Below, in pieces: positions 7,814-17,127 of a DNA stretch of 51,681 nt. Under the pieces are notes generated by a model. That model was not told the origin of the DNA. It searched no databases and saw nothing but the letters and a program-made list of their open reading frames with translations. How positions within the stretch are numbered: position 1 is the stretch's first letter; each line of letters starts with the position of its first letter. The stretch covers positions 1-51,681 of IMG/VR virus record IMGVR_UViG_3300042303_000360. One strand, 5' to 3'. The translations under genes and the position numbers were made by a program. Origin of the DNA: a virus. Lineage: Duplodnaviria > Caudoviricetes.

Positions 7814-10154
7814 TCAGCAGCACCCGGTGGGAGGACTCGATCTCGCGCTGGATGTCCACAAAGGCCAGCTCCACTTGACGGCGGATCTCCATGGCATCGC
7901 CGCCCGCTGCGTTGATCGTAATCGGGGCGTTGACAGTGACGGGTGCGCTGGGCGCTGCAGCTGCAGGCACAGGCGCCGCCAGCATGGCCGCCATCGCCGC
8001 GGCGCTCATGGGCCTGGCGATCCTTGGGATGATCGCCCCGTCCATGCCAGGCACGAACAGCTCGCGGCGGCGCTCACCCACCACGTAGGGCATGCCCGCA
8101 CGCACGGGGCCGCCCAGGGCCCGGCCCGGGGGCGATCCGGCGCCAGCTGGTGCGGGTGCACCACCGCCACCGAAGAAGCCGGTGATCTTGCCCCAGGTGC
8201 CGCGGATCCAGCCGAACAGCTCGCCCGCCTTGGCCTTGAGGCCGTTGAGGATCGCGTCAATGATCCGCTGGCCCACGGTGCCAAGGCGCCCGGGGATGCC
8301 TTGGATGAACGACACGATGCCGTTGAAAATGCCCTGGATGCCCGGGGGCAGCTTGCCGAACACGCCCAGCACCAGGGCCGGGATCGGGAACATCGCGGCC
8401 ACCACGTAGGGCGCCACCTGGCGGAACACGTTGGTGATCTGCTGGAACACCAGCTGGGCCACGGTCACGATGCCGCGCAGCACGTTGCCGATCGCCTGAG
8501 GGATCGCGCTGATCGCGCTGATGATGCCCTGCCGCAGCGCGCCCAGGCCGGTGATGATGCCGCTGAAGCTGCTGGTGATCTTGGCGGTATTGCCGGTGAA
8601 GATCCCGGTGATCAGCCCCCACACGTTGCCGATGAACTGGCCGATGCCCGCGAACACCGTCTTGATGCCAGCGGCCCAGCCGTTGACGGCGTTGCGGAAC
8701 CAGCCGAAGCGGTTGTAGGCGGCCACCAGGGCGGCACCGATGCCGACGATTGCCAGCACAGTGAGCCCGATCGGGCCGGTCAGTGCTGCGAACACCCCGC
8801 CCAGGATCGCGCCTGCACCACCAGCTGCGCCGATCGCAGCGCCCAGGGCGCCCACGATGCTGATCAGGCTGCTGACGAATGGCGCCACCGCCACCAGGCC
8901 CACGAATGCTGCGCCCAGGCCAGCCACCACAGCGGTCACGCCAGGGAACCGCTGGGCGAAGTCTGCGATGCGTTCAGCGATCGGCAGCACGGCCTCGCCC
9001 AGGCGCGTCAGCGCAGGCAGCAGGGCGGCGCCCACCACGATGCCCAGCCGCTGGGCGGTGTTCTGGAAGCTCTGCAGGCTGGCGCCAAACGTCTGCACCT
9101 GCCGCTGGTAATCGCGGTCGATCGTGCCAGCTGCGGTCTGGCCGCCCGCGTCATCGCGGAGCTTGGCGTACTCCTTGCGGTATTTCATCAGCGACATCAG
9201 GGCCAGCTTGGCCTCCTTGTCGCCGAAGATTTCGCCCAGCTTGAACGCATCGCCTCCGGTCACCCGCTGCAGCTCAGCCAGTGCCGCCTCCATTGGGTTG
9301 ATGCCCTTGCGCTGGGCATCCTTCAGCACCTGCTCGATGTTGACGCCGAACTTGGCGAAGTTCTTGACGGTCTGCGGCGCCGTCATCTTGAGCATGGCGT
9401 CCGTCAACCGGGTGGCCGCCTGCCCTGCATCCGGCGCGTCCTTGCGCACCATCTGCATCATGGCCGCCAGGCTGATTGCGCCCTGCTTGCCCTGGATGCC
9501 CAGGCTGCCAGCAGCTGCGGCGATCGTGGGCATGAACTGCGCCATGTCGCGCAGCTCGAAGGCGCCCTGCTTGCCCGCAAAGGCCAGCGCATCGAAGGTC
9601 GCCTTCAGCTCAGTGGGGCGGATCTTGAGGGCGTTCTGCAGCTGGAAGCCTGTCTTGGTCACATCCAGCAGGTCGCTGTTGGTGGCAGTGGCCACACGCC
9701 CCAGCGATTCCATGGACGCCACGGCATCCTGCAGGCTGAGGCCCTGGGCCACCAGATCCTGCACGCCCTGCGCCAGGGTGGTGGCGCTGAGGTTGGTGAA
9801 GTTGCGGCCCGACAGCCGCAGCACTTCATCAGTCACACCCTTCAGCTCGGCACCGCTAGCCCCGGCCGTCTTGCCGATGTCGGTCAGCACACCCTGAAAG
9901 GTGCTGGCTGCCCGGATGCTGCCAGTCAGTGCGATGCCAATGCCAGCGGCGCCAGCGGCAGCCAGCTGAAAGGCATCATCACGCAGCAGGTTCTTGAACT
10001 CACGCGAGCCCGCTGTAGCGGTGTCGCGCATCGTGCGGACGGTGTTGCGCCCGAACGATGAGACCTGCTGCTGTGCGGCGCGCAGCGATTGGCCAAGACT
10101 GGCGGCGATCTTGCCGCCGATCTCGACCGTGATCTTGCTGAGCCCGCCGTTCAT
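7806..10154 (-). CDS. Tail tape measure protein
   Basis: Long Ala/Gly-rich helical protein, AGKQGAFELRDMA core, after the chaperone genes. Confidence 0.92.
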   Translation of the reverse strand: MNGGLSKITVEIGGKIAASLGQSLRAAQQQVSSFGRNTVRTMRDTATAGSREFKNLLRDDAFQLAAAGAAGIGIALTGSIRAASTFQGVLTDIGKTAGASGAELKGVTDEVLRLSGRNFTNLSATTLAQGVQDLVAQGLSLQDAVASMESLGRVATATNSDLLDVTKTGFQLQNALKIRPTELKATFDALAFAGKQGAFELRDMAQFMPTIAAAAGSLGIQGKQGAISLAAMMQMVRKDAPDAGQAATRLTDAMLKMTAPQTVKNFAKFGVNIEQVLKDAQRKGINPMEAALAELQRVTGGDAFKLGEIFGDKEAKLALMSLMKYRKEYAKLRDDAGGQTAAGTIDRDYQRQVQTFGASLQSFQNTAQRLGIVVGAALLPALTRLGEAVLPIAERIADFAQRFPGVTAVVAGLGAAFVGLVAVAPFVSSLISIVGALGAAIGAAGGAGAILGGVFAALTGPIGLTVLAIVGIGAALVAAYNRFGWFRNAVNGWAAGIKTVFAGIGQFIGNVWGLITGIFTGNTAKITSSFSGIITGLGALRQGIISAISAIPQAIGNVLRGIVTVAQLVFQQITNVFRQVAPYVVAAMFPIPALVLGVFGKLPPGIQGIFNGIVSFIQGIPGRLGTVGQRIIDAILNGLKAKAGELFGWIRGTWGKITGFFGGGGAPAPAGAGSPPGRALGGPVRAGMPYVVGERRRELFVPGMDGAIIPRIARPMSAAAMAAMLAAPVPAAAAPSAPVTVNAPITINAAGGDAMEIRRQVELAFVDIQREIESSHRVLLND

Positions 10155-10333
10155 TTGCCCTGCTTCAGCGCCTTGGCGATCTTATTCTCGACTGTCCGGG
10201 CGGCCTTGTGCCATGCCCAGAACTCGTCGCTCTCGATGTCCAGGATGTCAGCCAAGCCCCACCCGGTGAGCTTCGCCAGGATCACAACGGCCCGGCGCAG
10301 ATCATCGGTTAGGACTTGGCCTGCCTGAAATCC
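10151..10333 (-). CDS. GpE'-like tail chaperone extension, probably reached by -1 frameshift
   Basis: The -1 frame reads GFQAGQVLTDDLRRAVVILAKLTGWGLADILDIESDEFWAWHKAA...K* and ends in an ATGA overlap with the tape measure gene. Confidence 0.7.
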   Translation of the reverse strand, partial: GFQAGQVLTDDLRRAVVILAKLTGWGLADILDIESDEFWAWHKAARTVENKIAKALKQGK

Positions 10334-10572
10334 GCGACCTGCTGCTCCAGCTTCGCCCAGTCGGCCGAATCCAGTTCATGCAGATCATCAGGCGCCACCT
10401 CGCACAGGCTTGCGATGAGCTGCAGGGCCTTGTCGGCATCGTCTGCCTTTGACTTGGCCATCGCCAGCTCATCGCGCACCTTGGGGCGGCGCATGATCAG
10501 GTGTTTCACCTGAACGCCACTGATCTCGATGGGATAGTCCAGTTCGATCTTGGCTGTGGCGCGCTTGTCCAT
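10309..10572 (-). CDS. Tail assembly chaperone (P2 GpE / Mu gp41-like)
   Basis: LDYPI...LIMRRPKVRD...ELDSADW; lies between tube and tape measure. Confidence 0.88.
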   Translation of the reverse strand: MDKRATAKIELDYPIEISGVQVKHLIMRRPKVRDELAMAKSKADDADKALQLIASLCEVAPDDLHELDSADWAKLEQQVADFRQAKS

Positions 10573-10577
10573 CTAAG

Positions 10578-11087
10578 TCAGACCCCGATTGCCGTGCGGA
10601 TCGTAGCAAGCTGATCCACACCGTTCACACGGCGGATCATGTTCACCTTGTCCACCTCGATCACCTCGCGGCCACCGATGGTCACCTTGAGGTAGCGCAG
10701 CGCCATGGTGCAGGTCATGGTGGTCGGCTCGCCAGACTGCCAATCGCCGGGGTCCATCTCCTTGATGACGCCGGTCATGTTGACGATCATGGCCACGGCT
10801 TCCTCACCATCGCGGCGCAGGGCGCCACGGGCGGTCACCTGGGTGGCAGCACCATCGGCTAGGCCGTAGAGGCTGAGGACGTTCTCGTCGTAGTCGAACA
10901 GCTCGAAGCTGGTCTCCAGGGCCTCCATGCCCATGTCGATCTCGACAGGGGCATCCATGCCGCCGCCCCGGAACTCCTCCATCTTGGTGGTGAGTGTGGG
11001 CAGGGTCAGGGTCGAGACGGTCCCGGCGAGGCCACGACCGTCAACAAACAGGCTGAAGTTCTTTAGAACGCGGGGGACTTGGGCCAT
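10578..11087 (-). CDS. Contractile tail tube protein (P2 FII-like)
   Basis: PRVLKNFSLFVDG...EEFRGGGMDAPVEIDMGME. Confidence 0.95.
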   Translation of the reverse strand: MAQVPRVLKNFSLFVDGRGLAGTVSTLTLPTLTTKMEEFRGGGMDAPVEIDMGMEALETSFELFDYDENVLSLYGLADGAATQVTARGALRRDGEEAVAMIVNMTGVIKEMDPGDWQSGEPTTMTCTMALRYLKVTIGGREVIEVDKVNMIRRVNGVDQLATIRTAIGV

Positions 11088-11097
11088 GGGTCAATCC

Positions 11098-12516
11098 TCA
11101 ACGGAAAAGGTCTACGACGTAGCTGTTCACCAGGTGCGAGCGGAACGTCACCCGCTCGGCCGGGTAGGGCGGCGTGAACTCAAAGTCGAAGAACACCTGC
11201 CCGTTGGCGATGGTGGCCGGGGTGTTCAGCTCGGGATCCACCCAGACATCGCCGCCCAGGATCGCGCCGCGCGACTTGAGGCTGCGCAGGTAGCCGCGCA
11301 CTGACTCCTGCACCTCCTCCAGGTAGGTGGCGGTGATGCAGCGATCCACAGCCCACAGGTGGCCGCGCAGGATCGACTCGTTGATCATGTCGGCGGTCCG
11401 GCGCACGCTCAGGAAGGCGTATTTCGGATCCATCGCCAGGGTGCGGTTGCCCCACAGGCGGAAGCCTTGCTCGCGCACGATGGTGGCGATCTTGGCTTCG
11501 TTCAGCAGGTTGGCCCGGCTGGTGTAGTCGCCCAGGGTGAAGTCGATGGCGCGCGCGGTGCCCTCGATGCCGTTGATTTCGTTGTTGGAGGGGCTCCACC
11601 AGAAGCCGCGCTCGTTGTCGACCTTGTTGATCAGGCCGGCCACGGCGGGGGAAGCGGGCACGCTGGAGCCGTCGCGCAGCACCCAGGGGTCCACCACGTA
11701 GATGCGATCAGAGCCGAAGTCATCGGCGATCTGAATGGCAGCAGCGTCGGTGGTGTTGGGGCCGTCGGCGATGATCACCGCGCGGAGGCGCTGAGCGATG
11801 CCCAGCATCTCGGCCAGCACTTCAGAGCGGACGGTGCCGCGGTTGATGGTGCCAGCGGTCGCCTGGGCGCCACCTGCAGGGGGTGCGGCCAGGGTGACGG
11901 TGGGGTTGGTGGTGTAGTTCGAGCCAGGGTCGGTGATCGTTACGCTCACCACCTTGCCGGCGTTGTCGCCGGTGCCCAGGACTGCAACTGCCGTCGCCTG
12001 CTTGCCGCCAGCCGCGGGCGCGCTGATGGTCACTGCAGGAGCAGTGGTGTAGCCCGCGCCCTGCGCGTTCACGGCGATCGACAGGATGCCGTTGGTGCTG
12101 CGCTGGTGGGTGTAGCCCGGGGCGATCAGCACGCGGGGGGCAAAGCCCACCTCGTTCTCAGCAGCCAGGAACGCATGCACGCCCTCGTAGGCGCCAGTGC
12201 TGTTGTTGATGCCGCCGCGCACGCTGTTGATCGTGGCGCCCTCGTTCTGGCCTGCGGCCACACGCACCACCACCACCACAGCGCCGGCCTGGTCGTAGAT
12301 CAGGTCCAGCGCAGCAGGCAGCGTGCCAGCCTCGCCGATCCCCTGCATCTCGCCACGGCGGGCGATCAGCACAGGGGTGTTGAGCGGAAACTTGTCAGCG
12401 TCGGCATCCGGGGCGGTGCCGATCAGGCCAATCACGGAGGACCGGACAGTCTGGATCGGGCGGGCTCCAGTGTCGATCTGGAGAACCTCCACGCCGTGGA
12501 GAAAGGTCGTCGTCAT
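11098..12516 (-). CDS. Contractile tail sheath protein (P2 FI-like) with an inserted beta-rich domain
   Basis: FLHGVEV, GFWWSPSN, GFRLWGNRT, FTPPYPAE. Confidence 0.95.
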   Translation of the reverse strand: MTTTFLHGVEVLQIDTGARPIQTVRSSVIGLIGTAPDADADKFPLNTPVLIARRGEMQGIGEAGTLPAALDLIYDQAGAVVVVVRVAAGQNEGATINSVRGGINNSTGAYEGVHAFLAAENEVGFAPRVLIAPGYTHQRSTNGILSIAVNAQGAGYTTAPAVTISAPAAGGKQATAVAVLGTGDNAGKVVSVTITDPGSNYTTNPTVTLAAPPAGGAQATAGTINRGTVRSEVLAEMLGIAQRLRAVIIADGPNTTDAAAIQIADDFGSDRIYVVDPWVLRDGSSVPASPAVAGLINKVDNERGFWWSPSNNEINGIEGTARAIDFTLGDYTSRANLLNEAKIATIVREQGFRLWGNRTLAMDPKYAFLSVRRTADMINESILRGHLWAVDRCITATYLEEVQESVRGYLRSLKSRGAILGGDVWVDPELNTPATIANGQVFFDFEFTPPYPAERVTFRSHLVNSYVVDLFR

Positions 12517-12569
12517 GGGTAGGAGATTCCTCCTGTCTGGTTGATTCTAGGCGGAGTCCCGGGCAGGTC

Positions 12570-12695
12570 TTAACCCTGCCCGCGGGAGCGCTTGCGGCCA
12601 TGGTTGGCCTTGCTGTGCTTGCCGTCGCCCTGGCGTGTGCGCTTGGGCTTGCTGTGGATCTTGAGGTTGCCGGTGGCGCTTTTGGGCTTGGCCAT
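12570..12695 (-). CDS. 41-aa highly basic peptide (not in the ORF track)
   Basis: MAKPKSATGNLKIHSKPKRTRQGDGKHSKANHGRKRSRGQG*; TAATG overlap with the upstream gene. Confidence 0.75.
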   Translation of the reverse strand: MAKPKSATGNLKIHSKPKRTRQGDGKHSKANHGRKRSRGQG

Positions 12696-13468
12696 TACCG
12701 CAGGATGATCAGGCTGATGCTGGCGCAATCAACACCGGCAGGCGGCGTCTGATTGGTTGAGCCGACGAGGATTCGCACGGCTGCGGCTGTCTTGGTGGTC
12801 GGCGGCAGAGCTTGACCTGTGGCGTGGAAGTTGATCGTGGTTTTGGGGTTGTTAGTGGCAGCGGCTGTAGCCATGCCAGCGACCGCGTAGTTGCCATCAG
12901 CCAGGGGCGCCGCGAAGTTGATGCCGTAGTCGCCAGTGGCGCAATCGGCAATGCTGGCGACGTTGTTGCCAGCTGCTACAGGGCAGCGGCGCAGCACAAC
13001 GCTGCCGCTTGTCGTTGCGCTGCTGCCCATGGCAACCGTGAAGGTGCTGCTGCTGGGCACGGTCTGCACGATGTAGACACCATCAGTAGCAGTGCCAGAC
13101 GTGAAATCAAGGCTGACGATGTGCCCCACCAGTAAGCCGTGACTGGCAAGGGTGATGGTCACTGTTGTGCCGGACTGGCTGTAGGTCGCCGTCGGGTTTG
13201 CTGCATCGGTGCCGTCGAAGCTGACCCAGGTGGGCGCGAAGCTCACGCCTGGCGCCAGCTTCTGAGCGGTGATCGCTGCATCGGCAATCTTGGTGGTCGT
13301 GACAGCGCCATCCGCCAGGTCGGCGGTCACCACTGCACCAGGTGCAATGTCAGCGGTTTCGATGCTGCCATCCTGGATGTCAGCGCCGGTGAGGCTGCTG
13401 TCCTGAACATCAGCGGAAGTGATCGTCGAATCCGACACCATCGCGCCGGGGATCCTCTGCAGTGGCAT
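12695..13468 (-). CDS. Tail fibre-like protein
   Basis: Decapeptide repeats (DSTITSADVQ, DGAVTTTKIA) followed by a beta-rich domain. Confidence 0.7.
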   Translation of the reverse strand: MPLQRIPGAMVSDSTITSADVQDSSLTGADIQDGSIETADIAPGAVVTADLADGAVTTTKIADAAITAQKLAPGVSFAPTWVSFDGTDAANPTATYSQSGTTVTITLASHGLLVGHIVSLDFTSGTATDGVYIVQTVPSSSTFTVAMGSSATTSGSVVLRRCPVAAGNNVASIADCATGDYGINFAAPLADGNYAVAGMATAAATNNPKTTINFHATGQALPPTTKTAAAVRILVGSTNQTPPAGVDCASISLIILR

Positions 13469-13497
13469 GGCCTACAAGGCGATGGGAAATCCGAAGG

Positions 13498-13818
13498 CTA
13501 AGACTGCTCAGTAGCAGGCGGCAGCCACTGGCAGGTGGCTTCATCGAGCACCCAATCCGGGCCCGGCTGCGGCGCGATGAACGCATCACGCTCTGAGTCG
13601 TAGGTGTAGCCGATGCCGGCGTAGTTCTTGCGATAAGGCGTGCCCCCATCTTTATGGACACCGCCTTGAGTGTTGTAGCTGGTGCGCTTGCACACTTGCC
13701 CCCGGAAAGCGCCATAGTGCTGCTCCCAGTCGATGTTGTCTTCGCCTTCATCTTTGCCGACGATGACGTCGGTAACGATGTTGTTGGTGTCAAGGAATGC
13801 GTAGTGAGCCATGGTCAA
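13498..13818 (-). CDS. Fibre-associated protein
   Basis: MAHYAFLD.NNIV...RTSYN...RKNYAGIGYTYD..RDAFIAP, a type that follows Gly-rich fibre genes. Confidence 0.75.
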   Translation of the reverse strand: MTMAHYAFLDTNNIVTDVIVGKDEGEDNIDWEQHYGAFRGQVCKRTSYNTQGGVHKDGGTPYRKNYAGIGYTYDSERDAFIAPQPGPDWVLDEATCQWLPPATEQS

Positions 13819-14678
13819 ACAAAAACAAACTGGATGTTGCCGGTGCCGGCGGTGAATGTTGTCACCCTGTCTTGACCAACGATCGAGGTAGTAAAAGTCA
13901 ACCCGCCACCTGGATTGATGACAAGAAAATTAGCCGGACAACGAAGAATGACAACGCCTGATCCTCCAAGGGCGTTTGCACCGCCACCGCCGCCAGTATT
14001 GACCGATCCGGCTGTGCCGTTCGCACCACCGCCACCGGCGCCGCCTCCGGCCGGGCTGTTACCGCCACCACCGCCGGCACGAACCACAGAAGATCCTGTA
14101 ATGGTTGAAGCAACACCGCTGCCGCCATTGCCACCAAAAGCAGCGGCCCCAGCGGCGCCAGCACCGCCGCCGCTACCACCCCAGGCGCCACCGCTATTAC
14201 CAAAGCCGGCGCCACCAGCGAAGCCTTGGCCAACAGTTCCGCTTCCTCCCCCTGATCCGCCTCCATTAGTTTGGAATGAGCCGCCACCACCGCCACTACC
14301 GCCGACACCGCCAGCACCGTTGCCACCGCCACCGCCGCCACCTAGGCTGGTAATAGTCGAGAATGAACTCGAATTGCTACCGCCTGCACCAATAGAAATT
14401 ACATAGCTGGTCTCAGGAGTAACAAGCAAAGGCGATTCTGCAGCAGCACCGCCACCCGAACTTTCGGTTAAATAACTGGACCGATAGCCCCCGGCGCCAC
14501 CGCCACCTCGGTTGCCACCATTGCCGCCACCGCCGATTACTAAGTAACTGACAAAGAAGGGGGTAAGTGGCCACCTGCCTTGGCTTCTTGCCAGCAAAGC
14601 TTCATCAATGCGCCAAACGCCACCCGCCGTGAGTGCCGTGGGGGTATTTGCTGTGCCAATAATACCGCCGTTACTCAT
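13815..14678 (-). CDS. Glycine-rich tail fibre / receptor-binding protein
   Basis: YLVIGGGG...GGGGAGGYR...GGSGVVILR; lower GC than the flanks. Confidence 0.8.
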   Translation of the reverse strand: MSNGGIIGTANTPTALTAGGVWRIDEALLARSQGRWPLTPFFVSYLVIGGGGNGGNRGGGGAGGYRSSYLTESSGGGAAAESPLLVTPETSYVISIGAGGSNSSSFSTITSLGGGGGGGNGAGGVGGSGGGGGSFQTNGGGSGGGSGTVGQGFAGGAGFGNSGGAWGGSGGGAGAAGAAAFGGNGGSGVASTITGSSVVRAGGGGGNSPAGGGAGGGGANGTAGSVNTGGGGGANALGGSGVVILRCPANFLVINPGGGLTFTTSIVGQDRVTTFTAGTGNIQFVFV

Positions 14679-15016
14679 GCCCTTATCTCCAATGCGCTAA
14701 GGGTCACATCAAGGTCATTAGCTGCTGATGCTGTCGCTCTTATCTTTTGCGACTGCCTGAGGACCACTTTGTTAGCGATCACCTCAAGCGATGCACCCGC
14801 TGGGACCGAGACTATATGGGCCAGTGTGCTCAATACGGCATTGCTGCTGTCGGTCACTGTCACTGTGATATTTGCGGGGGTACTCCCATCGACATTTGCC
14901 ACCATGCAGCTCAGCACAATGGCTCTGTCGGCCGCGTTGGTTGTAGGCGCCTGGTAGATGTCTGTGGCGCTGGTTGAGGTCAACCTGACGGTGGCGTTGT
15001 TGAAAGTTTCAGCCAT
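14675..15016 (-). CDS. Small beta-rich virion protein
   Basis: 113 aa, coupled to the fibre genes. Confidence 0.7.
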   Translation of the reverse strand: MAETFNNATVRLTSTSATDIYQAPTTNAADRAIVLSCMVANVDGSTPANITVTVTDSSNAVLSTLAHIVSVPAGASLEVIANKVVLRQSQKIRATASAANDLDVTLSALEIRA

Positions 15017-15020
15017 GGAA

Positions 15021-15689
15021 TTACCCTAATGCGATTGACAGCGCCATGATCGTGCTGGTCACGTCTGGCGCCAGTTTATCAACGGTGACGGCGCCGTCTC
15101 TCAGCTTCGGCGTCGTCACCGTGTCATCAGCCGGGGCCCCAGCAGACGCAACGCCCAGCGCCAGCACGCGCACCACCGTGCCCGCTGGCACGCCTTCGCT
15201 CAGCGTCAGCAGCGTGCCCGCCTGATTGAGGGTGTACTCGGCAGTTGGCTGCACCACGCCATCGACCGTCACCAGCGCCGACGGCTTGTTGATGATCGCC
15301 GTGCTCAGTGTGAACGCTGACTGGTTCGCCGTGGCGGTGAAGACCATCTCGGTCTGCACCGCGCCCTGCACGTAGCGGGCGTCAGACTCAGCCTTGGTGT
15401 AGACGGCGCTGGCGTTGGCCTTCAGCGCCAGCTGGGAAGCCACCGTCGCGGCGAAGTTGGCATCGTCGCCCAGGGCCTCCGCCAGCTCGTTCAGCGTGTC
15501 GAGCGCACCCGGTGCGCCGTTGATCAGGTTGCTGATCAGCTGGTCAACTTCGAGTTTGGTGTAGCGCGCGAATATATCCGCGTCGATCGCCTGCAACGCA
15601 GCCCGCAGCCGCGCTACATCCTCCACCAGCAGGTTGTCTGCGTTGGGCAACTGATAGCTGCGGTTCGTTGTGCGGTCGTCAATCGGCAT
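15021..15689 (-). CDS. Tail fibre protein
   Basis: LINGAPGALDTLNELAEALGDDANFA motif; VTVDGVVQP domain. Confidence 0.8.
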   Translation of the reverse strand: MPIDDRTTNRSYQLPNADNLLVEDVARLRAALQAIDADIFARYTKLEVDQLISNLINGAPGALDTLNELAEALGDDANFAATVASQLALKANASAVYTKAESDARYVQGAVQTEMVFTATANQSAFTLSTAIINKPSALVTVDGVVQPTAEYTLNQAGTLLTLSEGVPAGTVVRVLALGVASAGAPADDTVTTPKLRDGAVTVDKLAPDVTSTIMALSIALG

Positions 15690-15693
15690 CGGA

Positions 15694-17124
15694 TCAGATC
15701 ACCACGAGACGAAGTTGGCGGAGCTGCGGGCGGGCTGCTGCAGCGCCGGTGAGCGTGAGGCGCACGCGCGTGGTTGTGCCGCCGGCTGTGAAGCTGGCGA
15801 CCGTGTGCACACGCTCAACCCAGCCGTCGCCCACCGCGCTGCTGCTGGTCAGTGCCACCGTCTGCCAGGTGCCGGTGCTGGTCTCGAACTCCACCAGCAC
15901 GCTGGAGGCCCCGGGCAGCAGCGCTTCAAACGTGCAGCTTACCTTCGCGCCAGCAGCGCACGGGATCGCACGGCTCACGTAGGTGCCGGTCTCGCCCAGG
16001 TTGCCGTAGACCGCTTGCGTGCCGGCGAACAGGTAGGGGCTCAGGGTGTTAGTGCCGCGCAGCACTGCCGAGAGTGTCAGCGCCACGTTCAGATCCTCAG
16101 CCAGCTGGATGCGGGCATTGTCAGTACCGCGGATCTGGCTGCCATCCGGCCGGGTGAAGACGAACTCGGCGTCGGTCTCGGAGCTGATCCGCTCCACGCC
16201 GGCCAGCGCCACCAGGTCGGTGATGTCGCCCACGGCGGCCAAGATGGTGCCGGTCGCGGGCGTCGCCGGGCTGCCGCTCACGGTGAACGTGTAGGTGCTG
16301 GCTCCCGTCGAAGTGATCGTGAAGGCGCCGTTGTACTCGGTCTGGGTGGCACCGCTGTGAACCACCTTCTGACCGGTCACAAACGGGTGAGATCCGCCGA
16401 CCCAGGTTGCGGTAGCTGTGCTGCCCGAACGAGTGATCGTGACCGTGCCTGCCCGCAGCTGCCCCAGGTTCACGGTCCTGGTGGTGCTGGTGAACCGGGC
16501 CCCGTACATGCGGAAGGTCAGGTCCGATTCCTGCACCGGTGTCCAGGTGCTGGCGTTGGAGCTCTTCAGCATCGTGCCGATGGTGTACGGCTGCGACGTG
16601 ACGAACTGGTTGGCCGCTGCATCGAACTTGCCCAGCTCCGCCAAGCCCACCGCGTGCACGGGATCATCCGTCAGTAGCACCATGGCGTACTCCACCCCGG
16701 CCTGCAGGAACACCGGCCGAGTGAGGCTGATCTTGTTCCATGCTCCCACCGTGATGGCGCTGCCTTGGAGCACACCCTCTGCAAGCGTTGTCGTATTCGG
16801 CAGGCCTACCTCCGTCTCCCGGATCTCCAGGTACACCTTGTTTCCAACGTTGCCCCTGACAGTGAACCAGAAGTCCACCCCTGTGATATGCCGCGACTGA
16901 TCGAGGCGGAACGTCTGTGCCAGCGGGTCAATGAACCGCGTCTGAATCGAAACGCTCGACAGCCTTTGCGTGCGAGTGATGATCGTACCTTCGCCCACGA
17001 AGCGGCCTGCGCCGAAACTTCCCTGGTCGCCCAGGAACGTGACGCGCTTGGTGCCGGCTGGCACGTTGGCTGGGATCGTGAACGACCCCGCGATCTGACC
17101 GGATGCGTTTGCTGTAAGGGGCAT
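15694..17124 (-). CDS. Virion structural protein (C-terminal part of a DUF4815-like baseplate/fibre protein)
   Basis: DPLAQTF, SSNASTWTP..ESDLTF motifs; in frame with the upstream gene. Confidence 0.75.
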   Translation of the reverse strand: MPLTANASGQIAGSFTIPANVPAGTKRVTFLGDQGSFGAGRFVGEGTIITRTQRLSSVSIQTRFIDPLAQTFRLDQSRHITGVDFWFTVRGNVGNKVYLEIRETEVGLPNTTTLAEGVLQGSAITVGAWNKISLTRPVFLQAGVEYAMVLLTDDPVHAVGLAELGKFDAAANQFVTSQPYTIGTMLKSSNASTWTPVQESDLTFRMYGARFTSTTRTVNLGQLRAGTVTITRSGSTATATWVGGSHPFVTGQKVVHSGATQTEYNGAFTITSTGASTYTFTVSGSPATPATGTILAAVGDITDLVALAGVERISSETDAEFVFTRPDGSQIRGTDNARIQLAEDLNVALTLSAVLRGTNTLSPYLFAGTQAVYGNLGETGTYVSRAIPCAAGAKVSCTFEALLPGASSVLVEFETSTGTWQTVALTSSSAVGDGWVERVHTVASFTAGGTTTRVRLTLTGAAAARPQLRQLRLVVI

Positions 17125-17127
17125 GGC

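Noticed and set aside
7827-10061. Long + strand ORFs such as 4782..6659, 7827..10061, 26253..27689, 27801..29768, 29934..32708 and 33449..35146
   Set aside because: Antisense shadows of well-supported minus-strand genes in high-GC DNA; no motifs
13915-14406. Proline-rich + strand ORF
   Set aside because: Mirror image of the glycine codons in the fibre gene
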